A DNA stretch of 64,000 nt, taken from NCBI GenBank assembly GCA_964016885.1, contig OZ024743.1, forward strand, positions 227,664,001 to 227,728,000, given 5' to 3'. The notes under the pieces were generated by a model that ran no database searches, was not told the origin of the DNA, and was given only the letters and a program-made list of their open reading frames with translations. A program made the position numbers and the translations under genes. Position 1 is the first letter of the stretch, and every line of letters begins with the position of its first letter. Source of the stretch: Eledone cirrhosa (taxonomy: Eukaryota). Positions 41,440-54,808 of this stretch are shown here, in pieces.

Positions 41440-42329
41440 GCAGTAAAATGCATATGCAAATGTATGTGTGTATGTAATAGAGAAATAGTTTATATATATA
41501 TATATATGTATGTGTGTGTATATATATATGTGTGTTTGTGTATGTGTGTGTGCGTGCAGTAGTACGTACCTAACGTACGTATGTACGCATATACTTATGC
41601 ATATATGTTTATATATATATGCAGTCACTCTCTCTTCCCTCCACTCTCTCTCTCTCACACTCTCTTTCTCCTCCTTCTACTCTAAAAGGTTTCGCTAAAA
41701 CAAACATGCCAGTTTTTAGCTAATATTTTCCAGCATCTGGATCAATCTACCACGGTACCTTTGAGTGCACACTATGGTAAAGGGTGGAATTATATACCCA
41801 TATACCCATATCATTCGAGTTAAAGAGCAGAAGACATTAGCTTTGAAAAATGGCAGCAGAAAAAAAATTGATAAACAAAAAGTAAATAACTATAACTTAA
41901 AAAAAAGAACGAAAATTATCAAAAATATATAAAAAAGACAAACTTGGTGAACCTGTATTCTTTGGTTGTTTTCTTGTTTGTTGTAGTGTTGTTGTTTTTT
42001 TCCTAGTTGCGTTATTTTCTTATTGGCTGTTTTAATTTTTCTAAGTTCTTCTTCATTTCAAATTCCGAGCACACAACCTAAAGTAAGTAATCCTCCAAGG
42101 CTATAAAACTTTCTTGGAATAAATTATATGAAAATTACAATGTAGATATTTGTGTGAGTTTTTGTTTTTTTTTTTTTTTTGGTTGGTTTTAGTATGGTTG
42201 TTTATTTCCTTGGTTGGTTGTTTGTTTTCAGTATTAAATGATAAAATTTAAATTTGATTTATAGCGCGATTTATTTTTAAAATGGGGGGAAATGGAACTA
42301 TTATGTCTTTCCCAACGGTATTAATGATG

Positions 42330-43312
42330 AATTGGCAGTATCGGTAGAGCGTCTGAGACCATGTTTTGCAGCATAGAGTTATGTGCCTTTACGTTCTGAG
42401 TTCAAATCCTGTCAAGGTTAGCTTTGGCTTTCATCCTTCCGAGTTGATAAAATAAAGCACCAGTAATGCACTGGGGTAATTGCTGGCCTTGTGCCAAATT
42501 TAGAAACAATTAATGATTAGATTGCGAAGGTGCGTGGCTTAGTGGATAGGGTGTTCGTCTTACGATCATAAGGTTATGATTTCGACATTTATAGGCGTGC
42601 TGTGTCCTTGAGCAAGACATTCACATTTCCATCACATTTCCCTCATTACTTGCTCCAAACTTTTGTTTTAGTAAAAAATATGGTGCATACGTCGTTGTGC
42701 GTTAAGGATGTGAGCTTCGCATGCAAGCGGTTCCAGGTTTGATCCCATTATTTCACTGAAGGCGGTGTATTGGCAGTATCGGTAGAGAGTTGGACGCCAT
42801 GCTTTCTAGCATAGTTACGTCCCTTTACGGTCTGAGTTCAAATCCCGCCAATGTTAACTTTGCCTTTCATCCTTACGGGGTCGATAAAATAAAGTACCAG
42901 TAATGTACTAGGTATTTGCTGGCCTTGTGCCTAAAGTAGAAACAATTATTTCACTGTACATTGACCAAGCAAGTGTCTTCCATTATAGCATCGGCTTGAT
43001 CAATACAACTCGTACAAGAAAACATATAACGACGACGAAGACAACAACACCATTAGCACAATTCAACGAGGAGAGCTGTATGATTTGGCTCAGCATGTGA
43101 CAAGAAAAAGTAACCCTGTCTCCAGCAAATAACAGTATCGGTAGAGGTTCGGACGCCATGCTTTGACGCATAGAGTTACGGTCCTTGCCATTCTGAGTTC
43201 AAATCCCGCTGAGGTTAACTTTGGCTTTCATCCTTACGAGGTCGATAAAATAAAGTACCAGTAATGCACTGGGATAATTGCCGGCCTTGTGCCAAAAGTA
43301 GAAATAATAATT
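42330..43312 (+). mobile_element. SINE cluster: tRNA/Nin-type copies 42330-42512, 42760-42950, 43133-43310 plus heads of the second SINE family
   Basis: Consensus matches; the 42760 copy is flanked by an ATTATTTCACTG duplication. Confidence 0.9.
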
Positions 43313-43450
43313 TCAGATTTATTATATCTATAAAGCAAGGCTGGATGGTCACGATAAGAAAGTATTTTAATCTTAATTCTGGACATAAACAACTAAAATA
43401 ATGGATATTAAGAAATCTATATGTGTATTAGCGCACGTCTAACACACACA

Positions 43451-43673
<223 letters not shown>

Positions 43674-43856
43674 AACTTCTGCACAGTTTTTTTATTTATT
43701 ATATCTATTACATTCTAATCACTTGGTATTGCTTGACATGAGGCTATGACAGAAGGTGCTTGTCTAAAGTGAGGTGCAGTAGAAAATCGAATCTGGAATG
43801 ACGTAATTGTGCAGAGGACCTTTTAACCGTACAGTCATAACTATTGTGGACAGAAG

Positions 43857-44065
43857 TAGTTTCTAGTTTAGGCACAAGATCAGCAATTTGAGGGAAGGGA
43901 AATAGATTAAACCTACCCCAGTACTTGACTGGTATTTCATTTTGTCGATACCGCATGAATTAAAGGCAACATCGACCACGCCTGGAATGGAAATCAGATC
44001 CTAAATAACAGAATCAAATACAGCAAAGCATTCTGTGTATTGTGCTAACGATTCTGTCTATACAC
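43857..44065 (-). mobile_element. Older diverged tRNA/Nin-type SINE
   Basis: GGCACAAG..CAGCAATTT..CTGGTATTTCATTTTGTCGA..AAAGGCAA. Confidence 0.7.
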
Positions 44066-45645
44066 TGCTATACTTGTGAACTATAATAAGAAACCGTTTA
44101 CTTCGGTTAGTGAAGGCCAATTGTCCATTGGTTGAATTAACTTACAATTTTCCACGTAATCAATCTTCATTTCTCTCGTTAATGATATTTCTTCTTCTTC
44201 TTCTTCTTCTTCTTCTTCACCCATACCGGCTTCTCTCTCTCTTTCTTGTACTACCTATAAAATTATTTACTTTAATTGCGACTAATAGCTATCGATGAAT
44301 GCATGTTACTGGTTCAGCACTTCAGCTGCTCCCCTGAAAATAAACCCTTAATACGCCAACTAATTCGTTAACCCGTTCCCAATTTGGTTTATTAATTTCT
44401 TATTACGGACTCACTCGATCATAATAACTTCATTTATTACACATGTCTTTGCTTCACGACTATATCAAACTTGTTGCTCATGTATCAAATGTGTGCACAC
44501 ACACACACACACAGACATACACACATACATGCACACAAACACATACCTCAGATATACACACACACACACACACAAACATATATATATATGACGGACAGAG
44601 AGATGTTATAAAATGTTAATACTACATTTACACAGCTCTCATTTCCAAATTACTATAGAGGGGGGGGGAGCGCTAAGAGGAACAAAGTCCACGATTCGCA
44701 GATCGTTTTGCAGATACATTTATGAAATAAATTTATCAAGAGCCAAATTAAAAGAAATGTTATAGGACGAGATATTGTTTTTCATTTCAGGACAAAAGTC
44801 TCTGCTCTAGAGTATAAGATGGTTTAAGTTATCCCTAAATATAGTGGAAGAGACTGGGCCTTATAAGCACACGGCCAGGACCCTTGGCTTTCGAAGAACT
44901 GCCGGGTTGTTGTGAGTGACGAAAATGAATTTGATTTAAACAAATTATATGGAGTGCATACAATTACACATACGTACACAAGCACATATATAAACACCAT
45001 GCAAAAACACAAATGTAAAAACAAACATCATATATACGAAGCCGATATCTCAAAGTTTTACGAAGCGCTGAGGGGATAAAGCTATACAATGACCTTGGTG
45101 GGATCTGAACGCAAAGAGAAGAGAGCCGGGACGAATATCATAAAGCCTTCTATCCGACGTTTTAATGACTCTGCCAATTCGCCGCCTTCTGCAAATCCCT
45201 TAGGGTTTCAGCTACTTAAGCATTATTTATCACACGGCTCTGGGAAGAGAAGTAAAAAGATTTATGAATTATAAATTATAGAAATAGAATTATATAACCA
45301 AACAGATTGAATTACCTCTATCAGTGCTTAAAGTCGAAAAAGATTATTTGAAATGAAGCTCTGCTACGAATATCTCAAATTTGACTAGATTGAGTTTTCT
45401 AATACCCCTTTAATGGAATGAGTATGAATGTAACTGGGCTCACACTCACACAGATGGCATAGTTCCCGGCTCCCGCTTCATTCGAATGGCAATATTTAAG
45501 CGAGTCTATGGTAAAAGAAACCTGCCCAAGATATCACACAGTGAGGCTGAATCCATGCTTTTTTTTGTTTTAGTGTGTAAAGGAATAAAGGAAGACATAA
45601 ACCCGACTACGATCGGATTTTTATCTTCCTTTATACCCACTCTGT

Positions 45646-45960
45646 GAAGGTGCATAGCTTAGTGGTTAGAGTTGTGAGTTCGATTCCCGGACCGGGCTAT
45701 GCGATGTGTTCTTGAACAAGACACTTTATTTGACGTTGCTCCAGTTCACTCAACTGTAGAAATGCGTTGCGACGTCATGGTGCCCAGCTGTAACTGCATT
45801 TGCCTTCCCTTGGACAACATCCGTGACGTGAAGAATGGAGGCTGGTATGCATGGGCGACTGCTGGTCTTTCACAAATAACCTGACCAGGATTTGTGCCTC
45901 GGAGGGGGAGATTCTAGGAGAAAATCCCATGGTCATTCGTGGCCGAACGGGTTCTTTCGT
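45646..45960 (+). mobile_element. tRNA-headed SINE with CORE/V-like domain
   Basis: TAGCTTAGTGG (A box), GAGTTCGATTCC (B box), TGTGTTCTTGAACAAGACACTTTA. Confidence 0.8.
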
Positions 45961-46052
45961 TATACCCACTCTGCTTCTTCCCATGCATAGTGTACTACCA
46001 TGATTTGTGGTTTCCCAAATCTCGGCACAGCAGAATTTATATATATATATGT

Positions 46053-46155
<103 letters not shown>

Positions 46156-47200
46156 CGTGTGTGTGTGTGTGTGTTCGTGTGTGTGTGTGAACAAATAGTA
46201 TAAAGGAAAAAATACAGTAGAAAATGCTAGAGGGATTTTTTCAGTATAACATCAAAACATTTATTTATAACGTAGGGATTTCCGTATTTAATATTGTACC
46301 AGTTTCAGCTTTATATACATTTTCAACAGCGGAAGTGAATAGTGCAATTAAATTGCATGTTTATACGAATAATAGTAAAATGGAAAAAAAGTTTTAGTTT
46401 TTACATACATATTTAGAGAGTAAAGCTCATATTTTTGTCCGTAGTTTTGTTAGTGTTGACCAACAGAGGTGGTTGCAGTTTAACTTGTTGGCGTCGACTG
46501 TTAGCTTCCACTGGTAGTAGTCAACTCTCTACTTTCCATATATATATGCATGTGTGTGTGTCTGTGTGTGTTTGTGCGTGTGCTTGCGTGTGTATGGGTG
46601 TGGGTCCTGGCGCATATATGTGTTTGTGTGTTTCTACACAGTTTCCTTCTACCAAATTTCTCTCACCAGACATTGATCAAACTGATGCGATAGGGGAAGT
46701 TATAAGTTCAATGGAACAGACCCTGATACCATCTCGTTACGTAGCAGACTCCTAAATCACGCAACCATGTCTGGGTTATTTAAACAAGAACCAGTTAAAG
46801 TACTTAGTTACACATATTTTATGGTCTTGGTTGAATTTCAAGGTCAACTTGGCTTTTTGATCCTCCAGGGTTCGACAAAATAAGAACAAGTCAAGGTATT
46901 TAGTGGCATATGTTAATAGTTTGAGTTCAAATTCTGTCCTGGTCAACTTTGTTTTTTTCATCCTTCTGAGACCTATAGAATGTATTTCGGGTCGATCTTA
47001 ATCAATTAAACCACTCCAGCAAAATTTAAGACTGCGTTTATGTTAAGAAAACTTTAATGATTTACAATACTTTGGTTGAGTCTCTCCCTCCCTCCCTCCC
47101 TCCCTCCCTCCCCCCTCTCTCTCTCTCTCTATGTATATATATATATATCATATAATAAAATGATAGGAGGCCGGACAGGTTGAATTCCTCCAAATCTAAA

Positions 47201-47305
<105 letters not shown>

Positions 47306-48296
47306 CCTATCTCTCTCTCTCTCTTCTCTCTCTCTCACTCATTATCTCTCTCTCTCTCTGTGTTTTCTTTTCTCTGAAACTGGGCATCAAAGTTGTTTAT
47401 GACAGATCTAGTGTTGTTCCCCCTCTAGTTGCTAGACGGATCTTGAAAGAGTTGTTGGTGTTATGACACAGAATCAACATTTCTTACTAAATGTTTCGTT
47501 TGAAATATTATCCGTACTTACTTCTAGCAAAGACCTGTGTCTTATCAAGTTTCTTATCATAACTTATAACCAAAAAGCCTCAACATTTTTTCTACCTCTT
47601 GCTATTTTTTTATCAACAGCACCATCACCATCACGACTATTACGACAACGGCCACCAATAATATCTCCTTTACTACCAAGACGACGACCACCACTGCCCC
47701 TTTCACCACCACAACTACTAAAGCCTGATAAAATAACCATCAATAAAGAGTCTAAGCGCCCTCTATTGTCAAAATAAATAATTAACAGTATATCGCTTAA
47801 GCCTCAAAGCTATGTAGAATGCAAACCAATTCTCATTTTTTGTTGGTGTTATATTTTTGTGAACACGCATGCGCGTAACGTTAGATATAATATCATGCGA
47901 TGTTTGTCCTAACTCTTTCTGCTCTGCACTCAATTTAAAGCGAGTTCAACGTCGTCTTTCGATTTTTTTTTTCGTTTCTGGGTTGGTAAATAAAAAAGAG
48001 TCCAGGGCGGTGGCTTGGCGGATCGGTTAGATCCTCAGCCGTGATGAGTTGCAGCAACAATTGAAGCTCTTGGATTTTTGACAGCCTAGCTGTATCGGCT
48101 CTTGCCTTTCTTTGGACAATACCAATGGCATGACGAGGAGATTTGCACGAAAGAACAATTGATGGTATTCCATTAAAGAAAACGTTCTGAGGCCTACACT
48201 TTGAGGAGAAACTTATTAGGTGTAGATACATAGTTTTAAGAGGTACAAGAAGGTCGACGACACACACATATACGTATGTATGGGTGTGGGTGTGTT

Positions 48297-48380
<84 letters not shown>

Positions 48381-48759
48381 TACACACAGTTGTTTGTAAT
48401 GATTGAGTTGGAATTAAACAACTCAATCATTTCAAGAAGAACGATGGTCAAAATATGTCTAGCCACGATAATGTTCGCTGAGAATTGAGTTGCTTAGGAA
48501 GGTCATCTAAACATGTCCATTTACCATCTAAGTTAAAAGTAAAACTGACAAGAATGGTGTAGCTGAATGGGTGCATACTAACTATGAGGTTGTAGGCTAA
48601 CATTAAAAATGAGAACAAGAAAAAAGCTCGATGGACGGATTTTACGAGCAAAGCCAACTGACAGGAGACCCCGAGGTAAATCCCAAGCAAGGTGTTTGTA
48701 TAACAACATTGTGCTCGCTTTGTCTTTTTGGGGGATCCAGCCGAATTAATTGGAGACGG

Positions 48760-48990
48760 GCCCATCTTCAAAATGAAAAATAACTTTTCATGCAACTCAG
48801 AAAATTTAATCTATGACATAACCTGTCGAGGTTTCCACAAACATTATGTAGGACAGATGGGGCTGACACTCCGACAAGAAATGACAGTCCATAGGCAGCA
48901 AATCAGAACCCGTATACTAGACAGATCCATCTAAAATAACATATAGAATAATGCGGAGGCATAACACTGCCAAACTTTGAAAATTCATTT
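48760..48990 (+). pseudogene. PLE GIY-YIG endonuclease fragment (Penelope/Neptune-type, distinct from the Naiad)
   Basis: FSCNSENLIYDITCRGFHKHYVGQMGLTLRQEMTVHRQQIR. Confidence 0.8.
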
Positions 48991-50066
48991 GCAACAAAAT
49001 TTGTCAACAATAAAGGAAGTGAGATTTACGCCCCTTATCACAGGTTATGATTTATGTACACACAAGTGACAACGAAAGAATCAGTTGTATCCTTATTTTA
49101 GCAAGGATAGAAGCGACCTAAACCAATATAGTCGAAAATTAGCATGCAGGGGTTTTAACGATGAAAAATGATTAACATAATAACAAATGATTTGATAATC
49201 CAGCCGGAAGAAAGCAAGGTTTGCTAAACATCAATTTTTTAAATATGTTATCAAGATCCTTTATATATATGTACCAGGTGCGCTTTTTTACTCCCTTTTT
49301 TATAATGTTCCTAATATAATACATTAGTTTCTGTGACTGCATCTGCTAGCGGCTGTCCGAATGGAACTACCAAACTCAGAAATTTGGTAATATTAATAGA
49401 CATTATTTAAATGGCTAGAGTCGCGTCTTCAGCGGGTTTTATACTTCCTGGAACGGAGAGTTCCCATTAGCTATCCACCACACTACTCCGATGGACACCG
49501 GCTAATATATTAGTAACCTCGACATTCAGTGACACTTGACTTGATACCAAAGAGGAGGTAAGCCAGTCCTGATCGGTCACAGCGAACACGTTGGCACTAA
49601 TTCAAACTGAAAACAATGAACAAGACATGATGCACTCAACCAGAAGTTTTCATAGTGAAAGCAAAAATATAGATACAAACAATTAATAGATAAACTGTAG
49701 TATAATACACAAAATAAAACTATTCAACATCCAATTTGAATGAGAATGAATCCACTGAGTTTAAAATAATGATTAAATGAAGCTATCAAATAGGACCAAC
49801 GTTATATCGATCGTTTTCTCACTCACTCAAAAATTAAATTAAGTCGGTATTATTGCGACACAAACCCAAGAAAATTTGAGCACACACTTATGCGATAATT
49901 AGGGTCAGAAAACAATTTCGTGTGGGTATATTTATATATATTTATATATGTATATATATATATATTACGTACTAACGTACATACCTACGTACATATATAC
50001 ATGCATACGCAAAAAACACATACTCAGGCACAAATGCACACAACTATATCGGTATCTATTTATATA

Positions 50067-50206
<140 letters not shown>

Positions 50207-51032
50207 TATTTAATACAATAACAGAGATAGTTTAAAGCTAAACTCTGACTGGTAACCATCTCACTCAACAAACATTAGGTTATATTTAAATATAAACCCA
50301 ATTTAGGTGTTTGGGGTGCTAACAATATGTATAATGTGGAAAATCCAGTTGTATTATTTTATGAGATATAATTAAAGTTAAAGTATATCTCTCTTTCCAA
50401 ACAATTGTTTCATTATAAGTTTTCTACAAGTTGGGAGAATATTTCCAGTTTATGTAGAAGCCTAATATATATTCATGTAAGAATATATTTAGGTGGGCAC
50501 TTATAAATCATCAGTGGAAGCCCGTTAAACTTTGATATAATAAAAGAATGTCTTACCGCTGTCAAAAATCGTGTCTGTAAAGTCGCTCCCTCTCGCCTCG
50601 AATGACCGCCAAATTTGAAATTCCAGCAGTTTTTGACTGAGGAAGTATCATAGCGACACGAAGCGGGAAGGGGAGACAACCCACGATCCACGAAATGAGG
50701 AAAAAAATAATAATATACACGCGGGTTAATTAGTTTTTTTGAAAACATTATCAATCCAACGTGTTAAGAACTCAATTGAAAATAAAAAAATAAATATATG
50801 CTTGTATAAATTACACACGCATATAGATATTTTCTCAGGCTAAATCAGAAGTTGTACTCGAATAAGAACCGCATCTCATAACCGCAGTAAATGCAGAAAG
50901 TTATGCTTTAAAGGGCTAATGGGAATGTAAATCTCCGGATATATATATATATTTATATATATTTATTTATATATATATATTTATATAAGTATATTTATAT
51001 ATATATATTTATATATATATTTATATATATTT

Positions 51033-51730
51033 CTAGGGCGGGTAAAATTCCCGAGATCCATGGACGAGTTCTCTCCAGCGGTCTCTGTCCCTCATTATCG
51101 CTGCCATGTCCTGCGTCTCCAACAGACCAGTGTCTGGCCTTAGGGCATCAACATACATTAACCTTGGTCTTCTTCTTCCAGTGTGTCCATGTAGGGGCTC
51201 CCACAGGAGCACTGAGTGTAATGTCAACTCTGGATGTCGGTGAGCATGTCCAGCTAACCTCAGTCTCCTATGTGTCACTTTTGAGCTGACTTTTGGGACG
51301 CTCCCATACAGCTCAGAGTTTTTCATCCTCAGTCTATACTGATTAATGTTCAGAGCCATCCTCAACATTCTCGTGTAGCACCCATCCATCATCTGAGTGA
51401 GTTTCTTGGTCAGTGTCCAAGTCACAGACCCATACAGCAGCACAGACTCCACTACAGCAATGAAGAGGCGGATTTTCAAGTTTTTACGATGAGTGTGGGG
51501 CTGAGAATGAATGAGACTAAAACAAAATATCTGGTAGAGAATGTTGAGAAGCCAGAGGAGATCACTAATGTAGGCGGGAAGCCGCTAGAATTGATTGAGG
51601 ACTTCCTGTATTTGGGAGCAAAGATTGGGAATACGGAAGATGATGTGGTTGAGAGGATGAGCAAAGCATGGGCGGCGTGCCACAGCTTGAGATCGGTGTA
51701 GAAGTCGGACCTTCGTAAAGACCTGAAAAT
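51033..51730 (-). mobile_element. 5'-truncated RTE-clade LINE with 5' inversion, in (TA)n
   Basis: Minus 51033-51489 encodes KIRLF..ESVLLYGSVTW..RRLRLAGH..DRDRWRELV; plus 51490-51730 encodes the immediately upstream GLRMNETKTKYL..FLYLGAKI..KAWAA. Confidence 0.9.
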
Positions 51731-51744
51731 TTATATATATATAC

Positions 51745-51822
<78 letters not shown>

Positions 51823-51826
<4 letters not shown>

Positions 51827-52860
51827 AATAAACATGCTGCGGAGTTGCAAATGGGTTACATATGAATAAAGTGGTCATTCATCAGTGATCTTCCAACCAT
51901 CATCGGTATTTCTTCGCTTTAAAGACCATGTACCTCCGGTTGGTGCGAGCAACGGCTAAAGAAAGTCGTTGCGACACGTAAATTCTCTCGTTCACGATTT
52001 CACCGAACCTATATTCATGGAAATTTGGGACTTGACTCGTTCTTCCTCACTTTTTGTTGCTTCACCATCTTTGTTTGTTTACACTCTCGCTGTTCCCTTT
52101 ATTTACATATCCCAACGACTTTCTTTAGCCGTTGTTCGCACCAACCGGAGGTATATGGTCTTTAAAGCGAATAAATACCGATGATGGTTGGAAGATCACT
52201 GATGAAGGACCACTTTATTCATATGTAACCCATTTGCAATTCCGCAGCACGTTTATTCTCATATTTACACATATTTTTCCCCCCGCTGTGACCCGTCTAT
52301 TTCGTTCTTACTACTTCCTCTTTCTCTGTATCTTTACCCTCTCTAACAGTCACTCTCTCTGTTAGCCTCTTCCTCACCCTTCACTCACTCACTCTCTGTT
52401 ACTACCTCTCCTGCTCCTCCTTCTTCCCGTTTCACCTGTGCGTATTTCTTTTCTTTCGCACGCTTGGCCAGGCCGGTTCGCCTTTTTTCTCTCTCGTCTA
52501 CGATTTCACAGAACTTATGTTCACCGAATTCACGGACTAGACCCCTTCTTCCTCCCGTTAGATCTGTGCGAAATTCCTTCCTTGCTCACATTTCAACCAG
52601 GTTTGATAGTCTTTATTCTCTCTCATTCACGATTTCACCGAACTTATATTCATGGAAATTTGGGACTTGACTCGTTCTTCCTCACTTTTCGTTGCTTCAC
52701 CATCTTTGTTTGTTTACACTCTCGCTGTTCCCTTTATTTACGTGTCCCAACGACTTTCTTTAGCCGTTTCTCGCACCAACCGGAGGTATATGGTCTTTAA
52801 AGCGAAGAAATATCGATGATGAATGGAAGATCACTGATGAAGGACCACTTTATTCATATA
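51823..52860. mobile_element. Non-coding element with partial tandem duplication (period ~635 bp) plus inverted 5' copy, in (TA)n
   Basis: Direct repeats ~51985-52223 and ~52620-52858; 51823-51982 is the reverse complement of ~52101-52262. Confidence 0.88.
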
Positions 52861-52936
52861 TATATATATAAATTTGGGGAGGGTCATATTTGTGTAATAT
52901 TGCCAGAATTAATTATATATATATATATATATATAC

Positions 52937-53056
<120 letters not shown>

Positions 53057-53124
53057 TAAACGAAATTTTATTTCTCACTCTTAGTACGGCTGTTACTTAA
53101 ATATAAGTATGTATACGTACATAC

Positions 53125-53598
53125 ATATATATATACAGACGTACAGTAGTATGTATATATATACATACATGCACACATATATATATGTACGTATGGATTT
53201 ACCGACCATTTATTATAATGCTCGGTTTGTTTGTAAATAAACATCCCGAATTAAGCCGTACAGTGTTTAGCAACCATCGTTGCCCTTTTATTCAACACTG
53301 ACAAAGGAACGATGTACTAGTTTCAAGCTTATTACCTATCGTCAGCACCGTATACCTTCCTACCAGATGATTGAACGTCTGAAAGTATATACTTTCCTTA
53401 TGCGTATTAACAGCTGAGCAGCCTAATTTGCATATCGAGTGAGTTAATCGGGCGGGCGCTAAACACAGTACGGCTTAATTCGGGATGTTTGTTTACAAAC
53501 AAACCGAGCATTATAATAAATGGTCGGTAAATCCATACGTACATATATATATATGTGTGCATGTATGTATATATATACATAGTACTGTACGTCTGTAT

Positions 53599-53602
<4 letters not shown>
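53125..53602. mobile_element. Fold-back mini-element: ~145-bp inverted repeats (53125-53271 / 53458-53602) enclosing a hammerhead
   Basis: GGATTTACCGACCATTTATTATAATGCTCGG.. / ..CCGAGCATTATAATAAATGGTCGGTAAATCC. Confidence 0.85.
53309..53351 (-). ncRNA. Minimal type I hammerhead ribozyme
   Basis: Minus strand ACGGTG-CTGACGA-TAGGTAATAAGCTT-GAAA-CTAG-TA-CATCGT; stem II is weak. Confidence 0.7.
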
Positions 53603-53640
<38 letters not shown>

Positions 53641-53662
53641 TGTATATATTTATATGTATCTG

Positions 53663-53802
<140 letters not shown>

Positions 53803-53985
53803 GTGTTCTTACATGTTCGAATGATATTTCCTTGTCATTAAGTATTTTCGAGTATCTATTTTTTAACTCATAATTTTTTCAATTAAATGTTGTTGTCAGA
53901 GTTGTTTCTATTCAATGTTTTCGCTATCAACATGTTTTTTCCTGTCCTAGCTATCACCATTCTCACACACACTTTTTCCCATTTC

Positions 53986-54044
<59 letters not shown>

Positions 54045-54045
54045 C

Positions 54046-54076
<31 letters not shown>

Positions 54077-54473
54077 TAATTCCCTATCGCTCTCTGTATC
54101 TATCTATCCCTTCTATATAATATGTTATAGTATTAAGCCATCGCAAATGAACTACCAATGTTAAATATCCTATCCGTTAGGTAACCAATGTACAGAGGAG
54201 TTAACTTAGCAAGAATTAGTCTATTCAGACATTCCCCGTTTTGTTTTATTCATAATAAACACCAATATTCTCTCTTACTCATTTTTCTTTCTCTCCCTCC
54301 ACACACACACACACACACACCCACACACACACACACACATGTATATATATATATATATATATATAGTTTCATTGACAAATATATCAATGTGCCCAGACAC
54401 GCAAATATATTGCCCTTGGTAAGACAGTGTGGTTTTAGCTCCATGTAGGATAACTGGTATACCACAGAGCCGT

Positions 54474-54582
54474 TATAGGTTTAGGAATAACCAAAGAGTG
54501 CTTAGAAATACATTGTATTTCTAAGCACTTTTTGGTTATACAATGTATTTTTAAGCACTATTTGGTTATTCCTAAACCTATA
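54474..54582. repeat. Short fold-back with internal duplication
   Basis: TATAGGTTTAGGAATAACCAAA..GTGCTTAGAAATAC|ATT|GTATTTCTAAGCAC..TTTGGTTATTCCTAAACCTATA. Confidence 0.8.
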
Positions 54583-54660
54583 TATATATATATATTATAA
54601 ATATATACATATATATATACAATATTAAATAAATGGAAACTATATTTATAAAACCATATT

Positions 54661-54726
54661 TATTTCATTATATATATTTCAGGGATAACATATTAACAAT
54701 ATGCTATGCCTTCCTCAGACAAAATA
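54661..54726 (-). ncRNA. Type I hammerhead in the inverted pLTR
   Basis: Reverse complement of 58529-58594. Confidence 0.8.
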
Positions 54727-54808
54727 CAATATAAACAGTTTTATAGATAAATAGATAAATAGATTCGACATACCGTACCAACATCTACTTGCATTTGAGA
54801 AGGTTGAT

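Noticed and set aside
50630-50670. CTGAGGA..CGAAG possible hammerhead
   Set aside because: No GAAA box or convincing stems I and III
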